The notes under the pieces are model-generated. The model was not told the origin of the DNA and ran no database searches. It worked only from the letters and a program-made list of their open reading frames with translations. A DNA stretch of 32,000 bases, from assembly GCA_025340205.1 (NCBI GenBank), contig CP006868.1, positions 1,470,001 through 1,502,000 of the forward strand, given 5' to 3'. This document shows, piece by piece, positions 15,435 to 22,992 of the stretch. The stretch is from Ignicoccus pacificus DSM 13166 (GTDB lineage: Archaea; Thermoproteota; Thermoprotei_A; Sulfolobales; Ignicoccaceae). Numbering within the stretch: position 1 is the first letter of the stretch; every line of letters starts with the position of its first letter. The position numbers were made by a program, and so were the translations under genes.

Positions 15435-16702
15435 GTGCCCAGCTACACAACCTCATAGATCAGTTGGTTGACGAGTACGAGAAGGCTCTCAGAGAGGACT
15501 TTAGGGTAAAGTGCAAGCCGACGTTCCTGACGGAGCTCAAAGAGAAGTTACACAAGCTGTTAGAGGTAAGACCAGAGACAACCGAGGAGGAGATAAGGAG
15601 GATCATCGATCTGAGCGTGAAGTACTACTTGAGAGCATTGGTCGAGCCAGGAGAAGCGGTAGGAACGGTAGCGGCACAGTCCATAGGAGAGCCTTCAACA
15701 CAAATGACCCTGAGAACCTTCCACTACGCGGGAGTCAAGGAGTTTAACGTAACTCTAGGTCTTCCGAGGCTCATAGAGATAGTGGACGCCAGGAAGACCC
15801 CTAGCACTCCAATGATGACCATCTATTTGGAGGAAGAGTACAGACACGACAAGGAGAAGGCCCTAGAAGTAGCGAGGAAGATAGAGATGACTAAAGTAGA
15901 GAACGTGGCCTCAACTGTCGAGATTGATTGGTACGAAAGCGCAATTATAATAAGGCTGGATCCGGAGATGCTCGAGGACAAGGGAGTAACGAGAGACGAT
16001 GTAATTAGGGTAATAAACAAATCTAGGATAAAGGGTAAGGCCGAGCCCGACCCCGAGGACGAGTATACGGTAATAGTCAGATTGGACGCAGACGCCTACG
16101 CCGGAATAGGTGAGATCCAAAAGATAAAGGACAAGATACTCGGATTGAGAATAAAGGGAATAAAGGACATAAAGAGGGTCATAGTACAACAAAGAGAAGG
16201 CGAGTTCGTCCTCGTAACCGACGGATCCAACCTCTCCCAAGTCCTAAACGTCGAAGGCGTAGACCCAACGAGAACGATAACAAACAACATCAAGGAGATA
16301 GAGGAGGTTCTAGGAATAGAAGCCGCTAGAGAAGCAATAATAAGGGAAGTGTTGGATGTGCTCGAGAACCAAGGTCTTGACGTCGACAGAAGGCACATCA
16401 CCTTGCTGGCAGACACTATGACATGGAGCGGAGAGGTAAGACAAGTGGGAAGACACGGAATAGCCGGCACTAAGCCGAGCGTTCTAGCTAGAGCGGCGTT
16501 CGAGGTAACGGTAAAGCAGCTGGCAGAGGCCGCCGTGGCCGGAGAGGTGGACGAGCTCAGCGGCGTTACCGAGAACATAATAGTAGGACAGCCCATACCT
16601 CTCGGAACCGGAATGGTAACCTTACTAATGAACCCGCAAGCTCTTGCCAAGAAATCGGTTAAAACGGAGCCTCAAAGGGTGGCTGGGGGTGAGCAGAGCT
16701 GA
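15431..16702 (+). CDS. rpoA2: DNA-directed RNA polymerase subunit A''
   Basis: 423 aa with a trigger-loop region [17 protein letters not shown]. Its start forms an ATGA overlap with the rpoA1 stop. Confidence 0.95.
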   Translation: MSAQLHNLIDQLVDEYEKALREDFRVKCKPTFLTELKEKLHKLLEVRPETTEEEIRRIIDLSVKYYLRALVEPGEAVGTVAAQSIGEPSTQMTLRTFHYAGVKEFNVTLGLPRLIEIVDARKTPSTPMMTIYLEEEYRHDKEKALEVARKIEMTKVENVASTVEIDWYESAIIIRLDPEMLEDKGVTRDDVIRVINKSRIKGKAEPDPEDEYTVIVRLDADAYAGIGEIQKIKDKILGLRIKGIKDIKRVIVQQREGEFVLVTDGSNLSQVLNVEGVDPTRTITNNIKEIEEVLGIEAAREAIIREVLDVLENQGLDVDRRHITLLADTMTWSGEVRQVGRHGIAGTKPSVLARAAFEVTVKQLAEAAVAGEVDELSGVTENIIVGQPIPLGTGMVTLLMNPQALAKKSVKTEPQRVAGGEQS

Positions 16703-16719
16703 CGGCAGTTGAACCCGAG

Positions 16720-17019
16720 TTGAAGGCAGCCCTCAGAACGGGCGTCGTGAAGCTAGGAGCCAAGCAAACCATAAAGCTACTCAAGCTAGGAAAGGCTAAG
16801 GCAGCGATAGTGGCGAGGAACGCTCCCAGGGAGATAAGGAGGGACGTGCTGTACTACGCAAGGCTGAGCGGCATCCCGGTGTACATCTATCCAGGAACTA
16901 GCAGAGAGCTGGGAACGCTGTGCGCCAAGCCCTTCGTGGTCAGCGCCTTGGCGGTCATAGATGAGGGCGATTCAAAAATAGTGGAAGCAATAAAGAGCGA
17001 GGCTGGTGAGAATGCCTAA
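16720..17019 (+). CDS. rpl30e: Ribosomal protein eL30 (L30e)
   Basis: LRTGVVKLGAKQTIKLLKLGKAKAAIVARNAP...YYARLSGIPVYIYPGTSRELGTLCAKPFVVSALAVIDEGDS matches archaeal L30e. The first canonical start is TTG 16720. Confidence 0.9.
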   Translation: MKAALRTGVVKLGAKQTIKLLKLGKAKAAIVARNAPREIRRDVLYYARLSGIPVYIYPGTSRELGTLCAKPFVVSALAVIDEGDSKIVEAIKSEAGENA

Positions 17020-17443
17020 CGTGGTCCTAACTCCAGAGGAGTTCAGATACATGCAAGTCTTCCACCAACTGACCGGAGTAATGCCGATAGACTGCATAGT
17101 GGACAACGAGCACGACAGGATAATATTCCTAGTAAAGGCTGAGGAAGTGGGAAAGGCCATAGGAAAGAGGGGATCCAAGGTCAGGTACCTAAGGGAGGCG
17201 TTCAAGAAGAACGTTGAGATCGTTGGTTACAGTGACAAGTTAGAGGAGATGGTTGCGAACGCCCTAGCTCCCGCCAAGGTACAGAACGTGAGGCTCGTGA
17301 AGACTCCTAAGGGTAAGGTAGTATACGCTAAGGTCGATCCTAGGTTTAAGGGAGTTGCTATTGGTAAGGAAGGGAGAAACGTCAGCAAGGCTCGACTAAT
17401 CCTTAAAAGACACTTCGATGTGGACTCCCTCGTGGTGGTCTAA
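17012..17443 (+). CDS. nusA: Archaeal NusA-like transcription termination/antitermination protein (two KH domains)
   Basis: Two KH GxxG motifs (GKAIGKRGSKV and GVAIGKEGRNV), size about 143 aa, and the canonical position between rpl30e and rps12. ATG 17012 is preferred over the GTG 17006 used in the track. Confidence 0.88.
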   Translation: MPNVVLTPEEFRYMQVFHQLTGVMPIDCIVDNEHDRIIFLVKAEEVGKAIGKRGSKVRYLREAFKKNVEIVGYSDKLEEMVANALAPAKVQNVRLVKTPKGKVVYAKVDPRFKGVAIGKEGRNVSKARLILKRHFDVDSLVVV

Positions 17444-17457
17444 GGGGGTGAGCAAGG

Positions 17458-17901
17458 ATGCCCGGTAAGAAGGCGCCTAACGGATTGTTCGCCGCTAGGA
17501 AGCTCAAGAGGAAGAGACTCAAGTTCAGGTGGAGTCAAAGGGAGTTCAAGAGAAGAATGCTAAAGCTCAAGGAGAAGTATGACCCTCTAGAAGGAGCCCC
17601 TATGGCTAGAGGAATAGTGCTAGAGAAGGTCGGAGTCGAGGCAAGAAAGCCCAACTCAGCAATAAGAAAGTGTGTGAGGGTGCAACTCGTCAAGAACGGT
17701 AAGGTAGTTACCGCCTTCGTCCCCGGAGACGGCGGTCTGAACGTCATCTCCGAGCACGACGAAGTAGTGATAGTGGGAATAGGAGGTCCCAGAGGAAGGT
17801 CGATGGGTGACATACCCGGAGTGAGGTACAAGGTCGTCCTGGTAAACGGAGTGGCTCTCGACGCGGTGCTAAGAGGAAAGAAGCAGAAGCCGGTAAGGTA
17901 A
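17458..17901 (+). CDS. rps12: Ribosomal protein uS12
   Basis: 147 aa with [19 protein letters not shown] and [11 protein letters not shown], typical of archaeal S12/S23e. Confidence 0.95.
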   Translation: MPGKKAPNGLFAARKLKRKRLKFRWSQREFKRRMLKLKEKYDPLEGAPMARGIVLEKVGVEARKPNSAIRKCVRVQLVKNGKVVTAFVPGDGGLNVISEHDEVVIVGIGGPRGRSMGDIPGVRYKVVLVNGVALDAVLRGKKQKPVR

Positions 17902-17907
17902 AACCTT

Positions 17908-18357
17908 TTAGAAGGGAGGAAATCCTTCCAAATCCTCCTCTTCCATCAAATCCTCATCCACGTAAATCGGTTTGTCCGTAACCAAGGCTAAGTATATAGC
18001 ATGGCTGGGTATCATGGGGATTACCATCTTCATCTTACCTTCCAAATTCACATAAAGCTTGGCCGTGTAAAGCCCCGTCTCTGGATCTAGCTCATCTATA
18101 ACTACCTTCTCTATCATTCTTCCCATCTCTTCGGTCACAGACTTGAAGTACTGAAGGAGGTCGAACACCGATTCCCTAGGCTTGTTCCTCCTGAAGTCGA
18201 GGCCTCTGAGCTTGTTTATGCTCCTCACGATGTCGTAGGGGACGTTGTAGAGCACGAACTCCCTCCCATCCTCCAGATGACACACTATCACTGGAGTAGC
18301 GGGAGGGGTGGGCTTGACGATGGCCTCGACGTCAATTACCTTTATACGTTGACCCAT
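17908..18357 (-). CDS. Bifunctional nuclease (BFN / DUF151) domain protein
   Basis: The pattern PVIVCHLEDGREFVLYNVPYDIVRSI...RPRESVFDLLQYF...IEKVVIDELDPETGLYTAKLYV...MIPSHAIYLALVTDKPIYVDEDL follows the DUF151 consensus as I remember it. I trimmed the ORF to ATG 18357 because the 24-aa extension overlaps an A/T-rich promoter-like stretch. Confidence 0.6.
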   Translation of the reverse strand: MGQRIKVIDVEAIVKPTPPATPVIVCHLEDGREFVLYNVPYDIVRSINKLRGLDFRRNKPRESVFDLLQYFKSVTEEMGRMIEKVVIDELDPETGLYTAKLYVNLEGKMKMVIPMIPSHAIYLALVTDKPIYVDEDLMEEEDLEGFPPF

Positions 18358-18440
18358 TAAGCGGCCCCGCGCTCCTCGGCGTCTTACAAATTTTATGTTA
18401 TAGAGTCCCATCTTTACGATAATCAGCAACTGAGGTAAAG

Positions 18441-18448
18441 CTATATAA
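18441..18448 (+). promoter_or_regulatory. TATA-box-like element (CTATATAA) for rps7
   Basis: Lies 34-41 nt upstream of the rps7 GTG (18482). An opposing A/T-rich element (minus strand ACATAAAATTTG, about 18387..18398) lies about 35 nt upstream of the BFN ATG. Confidence 0.45.
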
Positions 18449-18481
18449 CAAACAGAGGGAGTCGAGAGGGGTGCTCAAAGA

Positions 18482-19069
18482 GTGGAGAGGGAAACCATAA
18501 GCCCACTGGAGCCCAAGCTGTTCGGAAAGTGGGAGTTCGACAGAGTGGAGATCAGGGATCCTGGCTTGAAGAAGTACATATCCTTGAGGCCCGTTTGGAC
18601 CCCCTACACCGCCGGAAGGCATGAGAAGAGGAGGTTCGGTAAGGCTGAGGTCCCTATAGTGGAGAGACTCATAAACAAGCTAATGAGGCCCGGGAGGAAC
18701 ATGGGCAAGAAGGCAAAGATCTACAGCATCGTAGAGAGGGCCTTCGACATCATATACCTTCAGACCGGTCAGAACCCCTTGCAAGTGCTGGTTAGGGCTA
18801 TTGAGAACTCGGCTCCCAGAGAGGAGACCACGAGGATCATGTACGGTGGTATAGTGTACCACGTGGCCGTGGACGTGAGCCCCCAGAGAAGGGTCGACCT
18901 AGCTCTAAGGCACCTAGCCGAGGGAGCCAGGCTAAAGGCCTTCAAGAACAGCAAGCCCATCGAGGAGACTCTGGCCGACGAGATAATTGCCGCCGCTAAC
19001 GACGACCCCAAGAGCTACGCCATCCAGAGGAAGGAAGAGATCGAGAGGATCGCTCTGTCCTCGAGGTAA
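18482..19069 (+). CDS. rps7: Ribosomal protein uS7
   Basis: 195 aa. [24 protein letters not shown] and the C-terminal region are typical of archaeal S7/S5e. GTG start. Confidence 0.93.
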   Translation: MERETISPLEPKLFGKWEFDRVEIRDPGLKKYISLRPVWTPYTAGRHEKRRFGKAEVPIVERLINKLMRPGRNMGKKAKIYSIVERAFDIIYLQTGQNPLQVLVRAIENSAPREETTRIMYGGIVYHVAVDVSPQRRVDLALRHLAEGARLKAFKNSKPIEETLADEIIAAANDDPKSYAIQRKEEIERIALSSR

Positions 19070-19109
19070 CCCTTTATCCTCTCTTTTTCCAAGGCGTCAG
19101 GGGCTAACT

Positions 19110-19742
19110 GTGAGGAAGCTCGCTCTTCTCGATTTGGAGGGGACCTTGCTGGACTACGAGTTCTGGGAGCTTTTGTCGGAGAGACATCCAGATGGAGAGA
19201 GGCTAAAGGAGCTCTTGGAGAAGGGCCTTACCTCCCACTCCTGGTATGAGACGTTCATAGAAAGAGTAAGATCGATAATAGGTACTCCCAAGAGCTTGGT
19301 GACGGAAACGGCTTCAAAGGCAATAGAGAGGATTAGACCCGAGGCTACCGCTTTCGTCTCCGAGCTCAAGAGGAAGGGATATACCGTTATCATAGTCTCC
19401 GGAGGCTTCGAGGACTTCGTCGCCCCGGTGAGCGATGTCTTGGGAGCGGACGGCTTCATAGCTCAGAAGCTCCTCTTCCACAACGACGAAGTGGTCGGAG
19501 TTTACAACGTTTTTAAGGACAAGGGCGAAGTGGTGGACAAGCTAAAGCCTTGGTTTGACTTCATCTTCTCAATAGGAGATGGCTACAACGACTTCAACAT
19601 GTTGGCTAAGTCAGACGTGGCCGTGGTATTAGGAAACAAGGCTAAGGAAATAGCTGAAGAGCTGAAAGCGTTCCACTTTAAGACCTTGGAGGAAGCGCTG
19701 AGGTCGCTTAGCTCCGGAGAGCTGGCAAAGGCTTTGAAGTGA
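19110..19742 (+). CDS. HAD-superfamily hydrolase, subfamily IB (phosphoserine-phosphatase-like)
   Basis: Motif I LLDLEGTL, motif II VSGGF, motif IV GDGYNDFNML. I trimmed the track ORF (18987) to GTG 19110 because the extension overlaps rps7 and is Arg/Pro-rich shadow sequence. Confidence 0.7.
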   Translation: MRKLALLDLEGTLLDYEFWELLSERHPDGERLKELLEKGLTSHSWYETFIERVRSIIGTPKSLVTETASKAIERIRPEATAFVSELKRKGYTVIIVSGGFEDFVAPVSDVLGADGFIAQKLLFHNDEVVGVYNVFKDKGEVVDKLKPWFDFIFSIGDGYNDFNMLAKSDVAVVLGNKAKEIAEELKAFHFKTLEEALRSLSSGELAKALK

Positions 19743-19769
19743 TCTCCCGGAGCCCCCTCGGGAAGAGAG

Positions 19770-20207
19770 ATGGAGGTTTACCTCGTAGCTCACGCTCCCA
19801 CCAGCGTTCAAAGGCTGGAGGACTTCGCCAAGCTAGCGTTCAACTTCGGAGATCCGGTCAAAGGTCTCATAGTCACCAAGCCTTCTGGAGTGGCCGCTCA
19901 AGTGGGACTGGCCGACGTCTCTAAGTTAGCCTACAAGCTCGACAAGAAGCTGATCATCTTACCAGATATAGATGATGCGATAGAACTCCTCAAGCCCGAC
20001 GAGATCTATACGGTAAGTCATGACTTCGGAGAAAGGGTAGAGAAGCTGGAGGTCAAGGGAAGGGCTCTAATCATAGTCGGCCTGACCGACCCCGGATTAA
20101 GCAAGCTGGAGGCGCAGAAGGGGAAGGCGATTTACCCCTCATCTCCCTCCGGGGACATAGGTCCAATAGCCTCCGTGGCAATCCTACTCTCGGGTCTGAA
20201 GGAATGA
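19770..20207 (+). CDS. Conserved hypothetical protein (about 145 aa), function unknown
   Basis: ATG start, clean ORF, and an ATGA overlap with the next gene. The C-terminal GDIGPIASVAILLSGL is reminiscent of SPOUT-like or small archaea-specific families, but I cannot assign it by eye. Confidence 0.5.
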   Translation: MEVYLVAHAPTSVQRLEDFAKLAFNFGDPVKGLIVTKPSGVAAQVGLADVSKLAYKLDKKLIILPDIDDAIELLKPDEIYTVSHDFGERVEKLEVKGRALIIVGLTDPGLSKLEAQKGKAIYPSSPSGDIGPIASVAILLSGLKE

Positions 20208-20620
20208 TAGACAGGGTGGAAATCTACGTCCACTCCCACGCCACAGAGGACCCGGAGAAGGTGCTGGAGGCGGTAGCCAACCTCCTAGGCTTAGAGGAGC
20301 TCCCGGAGGTAGAGGTGTTTAAGGTAAGGGGCCATCACGGCAACGAGATATTAAATATGAAGATGGTGCTTAGGGGTAAAGAGGCCAAGAAGGCGGTGGA
20401 ACACATAATCAAAAGCATGGATGATTTGGAGTACGAGATCTTGAAGAACGAGCTCCCGTGGAGATCAGAGGGCTCAAAGCTCTACCTAAGGTTCAACAAG
20501 CAAGACGCCTACGGAGGGAAGCTGAGGCTATCGAGCGGATCAGACATAATAAGGGTAGTCATAGTTTTCAAGGGCGCTAAGGTGAGCAAGGAGCTATTAG
20601 ATCAGATAAGGGAGTCTTAG
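20204..20620 (+). CDS. UPF0201 / DUF54-like predicted RNA-binding protein
   Basis: 138 aa. The N-terminal VEIYVHSHATEDPEKVLEAVANLL resembles the archaeal DUF54 (COG1931, exosome-neighbourhood RNA-binding) family signature (PTED.EKV) as I recall it. Confidence 0.5.
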   Translation: MIDRVEIYVHSHATEDPEKVLEAVANLLGLEELPEVEVFKVRGHHGNEILNMKMVLRGKEAKKAVEHIIKSMDDLEYEILKNELPWRSEGSKLYLRFNKQDAYGGKLRLSSGSDIIRVVIVFKGAKVSKELLDQIRES

Positions 20621-21627
20621 GGATATCCCAGAACCAAGGAGGTAACGCAGAGAATCCCTAAAGATATTACCAGTAAGAGAACGTTCACCTTCGTGAACTC
20701 CCAGTAGTCGTAACCGCTCAACCTTAGGGCGATGAGGTTGCTGAGGGAAGCTATGGGGGTCCCCAACCCGCCTATGTCCACTCCTAAGGTCAGAGCCCTC
20801 CAAGGTGGATTGGACTTTATTAAGATCAAAGTGGCTGGAACGTTGCTTATCGCTTGGCTTAGACCAGCTGCTACCAACATGGTTTCTAGCGATCCTCCAA
20901 CGGCTAGTCTCAATACGTAGCCTAAGGAACCAAAGGAGTACATCATTAAAGCTAGAATGATAAGTAAGTTGAAGTCTATTTTTGGTACCTTTCTGTTTAT
21001 AATAACATAAGTGAGCAGACTTAAGGCCAAGGCAATCCATTCCATGTTCTTCTCTATTAATGATATCGAGAGGACTAGCAACACAAATGCCAAAGCGAAT
21101 ATCCTTTTGTTCAACTCAACCTCTTCCTTGAGCTTTCCTCTGGGAGGGAGGGCGTAGACTATTATTGCTAAGGGCACCAAAGAGGCCGGCAACGTGTTTA
21201 ATATAAACGACAAGAAGTCGACTGAGTAATGAGTCCATATGATCACGTTCTGAGGGTTCCCGAAGGGGGTTATCATTGAGCCTATGTTTACAGCAGCCGC
21301 TATCAAGGGAATTGAGGCCCCGCTGGGATCCATAGCTAAAGCTATCGGAACCATGAAGAACATAGCGGCATCGTTCATGAGTATGGCTCCAGCTAAAGCT
21401 GATATTCCTGCCAAGACCTTCAGACCGCCCTTATCGCTTAGGCCCAGCGCTATCTTCTCGAAGGCGTTGGACTCCCTCCACATTTCAGATATTATCATGA
21501 AATTAGCCAATATGACCAAGGCTTTGATATTGATTAGCTCCTTAAGCCTTCCTAGGGTGGAGGGAAATGCTACAGCTACCGCGATGCTCAACGCTATCAG
21601 CGCTATCAGCAGAGGGTCCTTCCTCAT
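20617..21627 (-). CDS. ArsB/NhaD-superfamily anion/ion permease
   Basis: 336 aa and polytopic. The GNPQNVIIW motif is characteristic of the ArsB/NhaD/CitMHS permease superfamily. Confidence 0.7.
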   Translation of the reverse strand: MRKDPLLIALIALSIAVAVAFPSTLGRLKELINIKALVILANFMIISEMWRESNAFEKIALGLSDKGGLKVLAGISALAGAILMNDAAMFFMVPIALAMDPSGASIPLIAAAVNIGSMITPFGNPQNVIIWTHYSVDFLSFILNTLPASLVPLAIIVYALPPRGKLKEEVELNKRIFALAFVLLVLSISLIEKNMEWIALALSLLTYVIINRKVPKIDFNLLIILALMMYSFGSLGYVLRLAVGGSLETMLVAAGLSQAISNVPATLILIKSNPPWRALTLGVDIGGLGTPIASLSNLIALRLSGYDYWEFTKVNVLLLVISLGILCVTSLVLGYP

Positions 21628-21663
21628 TCCCCTTGACCTAGGGGCTTGATTGGGAAAGGGAAA

Positions 21664-22851
21664 TCAGCTTTGGCCCACGTTGGTCACTCTGTCCAGCTTC
21701 TTGAACGGAGCCAAGGCCTCCTCGACCACTTCGGGAATGTTGCTTATCACCTCGCCGAGCTTACAAGCCGGGTCGTAGCCGAAGGGATCCTTGAAGTAAG
21801 CGTAAGCTCTTGCCCTAGATCCTCCGCACATTATTCCGAACTTACAGCTTCCGCAAGGATCCTTGAAGTTTCTCCAGTCCCTTATCTTCATAAGTGGTTC
21901 ACTCCTCTGGTAGATCTCCTTCAAGCTCTTCTCCCTTACGTTCCCTACCTTGTAGGGTAAGAATCCGGAGGGGTAGACGTCTCCGTTGTAGGCCACGAAT
22001 ATTATTCCATATCCGTCCCTGGTATAGGCTGAGGGGGCCCTCTTCTGTTTCGGAGCTTCCTTAGGAACGGGTCCCATGAGTTCCTCCAGCCTCTCCTTCA
22101 GCTTGTAATAGAGTTGACCCACTCCGATCTTCTCAACATCCATTCCTTTCTCATCCATAACAGCTCTAAGCCTATACACCACCCTATAGAAGGGGGCCTC
22201 TGTGGTCCTTATGGTGACCTTTCCGTACTTGGCTGCGTCGTAAAGGAAGTTGACCACATCCCAATACTCATCCTTGCTCAAGTCTAGTTCAAAGCCGGCC
22301 CTCCCGGTTGGTATTAGAAAGAAGACCTCCCAAGCGTCAACGTTGTACTCATAGACGAGCTTGAAGACTTCCGGGAGCTCGTTCACCGTGGGCTTCATTA
22401 CAGTAGTATTTATCTGAAGGAACATACCTATGCTTTTAACAAATTTCATAACTTCTAGAGTTCTGTTGAATATCCCGGGTATTCCCCTTATACCGTCGTG
22501 GGTCTCAGCCGTAGCGCCATCCAAGCTCAGACTCATCCCAATTATCCCTATTTCCTTCATCCTCTCTATCTTCTTCTCTGTTAAGAGTGGGGTAACGCTC
22601 GGGGCCACCAAGGTCCTTATTCCTTTTGAGATGCTGTATTGGGCCAGCTCCCAGAAGTCGGGCCTCATTAGCACGTCTCCGCCCGTCATTATCAAGTGAG
22701 GGTAGGGCTTCGAGAACTCCGTGAGTTGGTCGATAAACTTCTTCGCTTCCCCAGTATTCAGCTCATCGGGAAGGGGCTTTTCTATGGCCTCAGCCCTGCA
22801 GTGCTTACAGACGAGCTTACAAGCCTTGGTGGTCTCCCAGAACACGAGCAA
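21664..22851 (-). CDS. Radical SAM / SPASM-domain enzyme, substrate unknown
   Basis: CX3CX2C cluster CKLVCKHC (Cys11/15/18 from the TTG start) and TGGD. C-terminal Cys region CGSCKFGIMCGGSRARAYAYFKDPFGYDPAC. It is a paralogue of the 1397..2866 gene. Confidence 0.8.
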   Translation of the reverse strand: MLVFWETTKACKLVCKHCRAEAIEKPLPDELNTGEAKKFIDQLTEFSKPYPHLIMTGGDVLMRPDFWELAQYSISKGIRTLVAPSVTPLLTEKKIERMKEIGIIGMSLSLDGATAETHDGIRGIPGIFNRTLEVMKFVKSIGMFLQINTTVMKPTVNELPEVFKLVYEYNVDAWEVFFLIPTGRAGFELDLSKDEYWDVVNFLYDAAKYGKVTIRTTEAPFYRVVYRLRAVMDEKGMDVEKIGVGQLYYKLKERLEELMGPVPKEAPKQKRAPSAYTRDGYGIIFVAYNGDVYPSGFLPYKVGNVREKSLKEIYQRSEPLMKIRDWRNFKDPCGSCKFGIMCGGSRARAYAYFKDPFGYDPACKLGEVISNIPEVVEEALAPFKKLDRVTNVGQS

Positions 22852-22992
22852 GGGCTTCTCGTTGAAATCCCATCCGCCTCTGAAGACTCATCCCCAGAGA
22901 GGTTGGAGTGGAAGGTCTTTATCTGAAGGCACTTCGAGTCCTAGGTAAATCCCTTTTTGCTCCCGCTCACGAGCTCATAGGGTGAAGCTCCA

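Noticed and set aside
16096-16650. 184-aa minus-strand ORF inside rpoA2
   Set aside because: It is entirely antisense to a very well supported conserved gene. Its composition is Ser/Thr/Pro/Cys-rich shadow sequence with no motif. This is the usual artefact of a moderately GC-rich coding region.
18987-19109. 41-aa N-terminal extension of the HAD hydrolase ORF
   Set aside because: It overlaps the 3' end of rps7 in another frame and is Arg/Pro/Thr-rich. HAD motif I follows immediately after GTG 19110.
22849-22890. An out-of-frame ATG overlapping the in-frame TGA (ATGA) upstream of the second radical SAM gene, considered as evidence of a programmed frameshift
   Set aside because: The ATG frame encodes non-homologous sequence (MSLQRRMGFQREA...). 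A similar xTGA coincidence at cdc6 is part of an SD-like GGTGA. Two coincidences are not enough to propose recoding, so they are reported only as start-codon uncertainty.
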